39,015 nucleotides of DNA, taken from IMG/VR virus record IMGVR_UViG_3300045257_000314, positions 1-39,015 of that record, one strand, 5' to 3'. Origin of the DNA: a virus. Shown here in pieces: positions 38,826 to 39,015 of this stretch; position 1 is the stretch's first letter; each line of letters begins with the position of its first letter. The position numbers and the translations under genes were made by a program. The notes below the pieces were generated by a model that worked only from the letters and a program-made list of their open reading frames with translations, did no database searches and was not told the DNA's origin.

Positions 38826-39015
38826 GCCGCGGCCGAGCGTACCGCTGGCGGAGTGTGCCAGCCCCGGTTGCCGCAGGTCGGTCCGGGTGGCTCGAGCTCG
38901 TCCTGGCCGCACTTGTAGCACCAGTTGCCGGTGCGGGGTGGCGGTGCTCCGTCGGTCGGGGAGACGACCTCGCTGCGGTGCCCGCCGTTGCAGTCCGGGC
39001 AGCGCAGGGCTTTGC
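38822..39015 (-). CDS. 3' portion of the junction-spanning DnaJ-type zinc-finger gene (same gene as 1..422)
   Basis: The frame continues ...NWCYKCGQDELEPPGPTCGNRGWHTPPAVRSAAA and stops at TGA 38822-38824. Bases 38889-39015 duplicate 1-127. Confidence 0.6.
   Translation of the reverse strand, partial: KALRCPDCNGGHRSEVVSPTDGAPPPRTGNWCYKCGQDELEPPGPTCGNRGWHTPPAVRSAAA
38889..39015. repeat. Right copy of the exact 127-bp terminal direct repeat
   Basis: Identical to bases 1-127. Confidence 0.95.

Noticed and set aside
1-39015. tRNA, rRNA or other structured RNA genes
   Set aside because: Intergenic space is minimal. The few gaps (5051-5056, 6240-6395, 8748-8823, 9031-9087, 23067-23202, 35950-35990, 37612-37696) contain only promoter, operator or hairpin-like sequence. 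None shows a cloverleaf-compatible arrangement.

Overview
The first 127 bases are repeated exactly as the last 127 bases, so the window closes into a 38,888-bp circle. I read it as one complete, high-GC, temperate, podovirus-like phage genome (or circularly permuted phage contig). Nearly all genes lie on the minus strand. They are chained by ATGA, GTGA or TGATG stop/start overlaps. Following the minus strand from high to low coordinates: small Cys-rich early proteins (38825->37697); a late operon with small and large terminase, portal, a block of small basic proteins and large low-complexity ejection-type proteins including a 1769-aa polyvalent protein, then scaffold, major capsid, about 11 structural/tail genes, a tail fibre and a lysis cassette (37611->10867); a large serine integrase module (8747->6778); and an early recombination/replication operon (6239->409, with one gene crossing the circle junction). 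That early operon encodes an RHH regulator, a secreted Rpf-like muramidase, a DPPY methyltransferase, RecT, an HExxH peptidase, VRR-NUC and a replication-organizer-like protein. Only three units are on the plus strand: an XRE regulator (6396), a six-gene early block (9088-10870) and a moron-like membrane protein (23203). No tRNA, rRNA, CRISPR array, tape measure, tail tube or sheath gene was seen. The most interesting items are a ~1-kb divergent regulatory cassette bracketed by ~65-bp inverted repeats next to the serine recombinase, phased iterons plus an AT-rich tract inside the replication gene, the polyvalent virion protein (SLT, Cys-peptidase and ART-like domains), and the oppositely oriented moron that shares a hairpin with a minus-strand terminator. 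All family assignments come from motifs read by eye. No database search was run.
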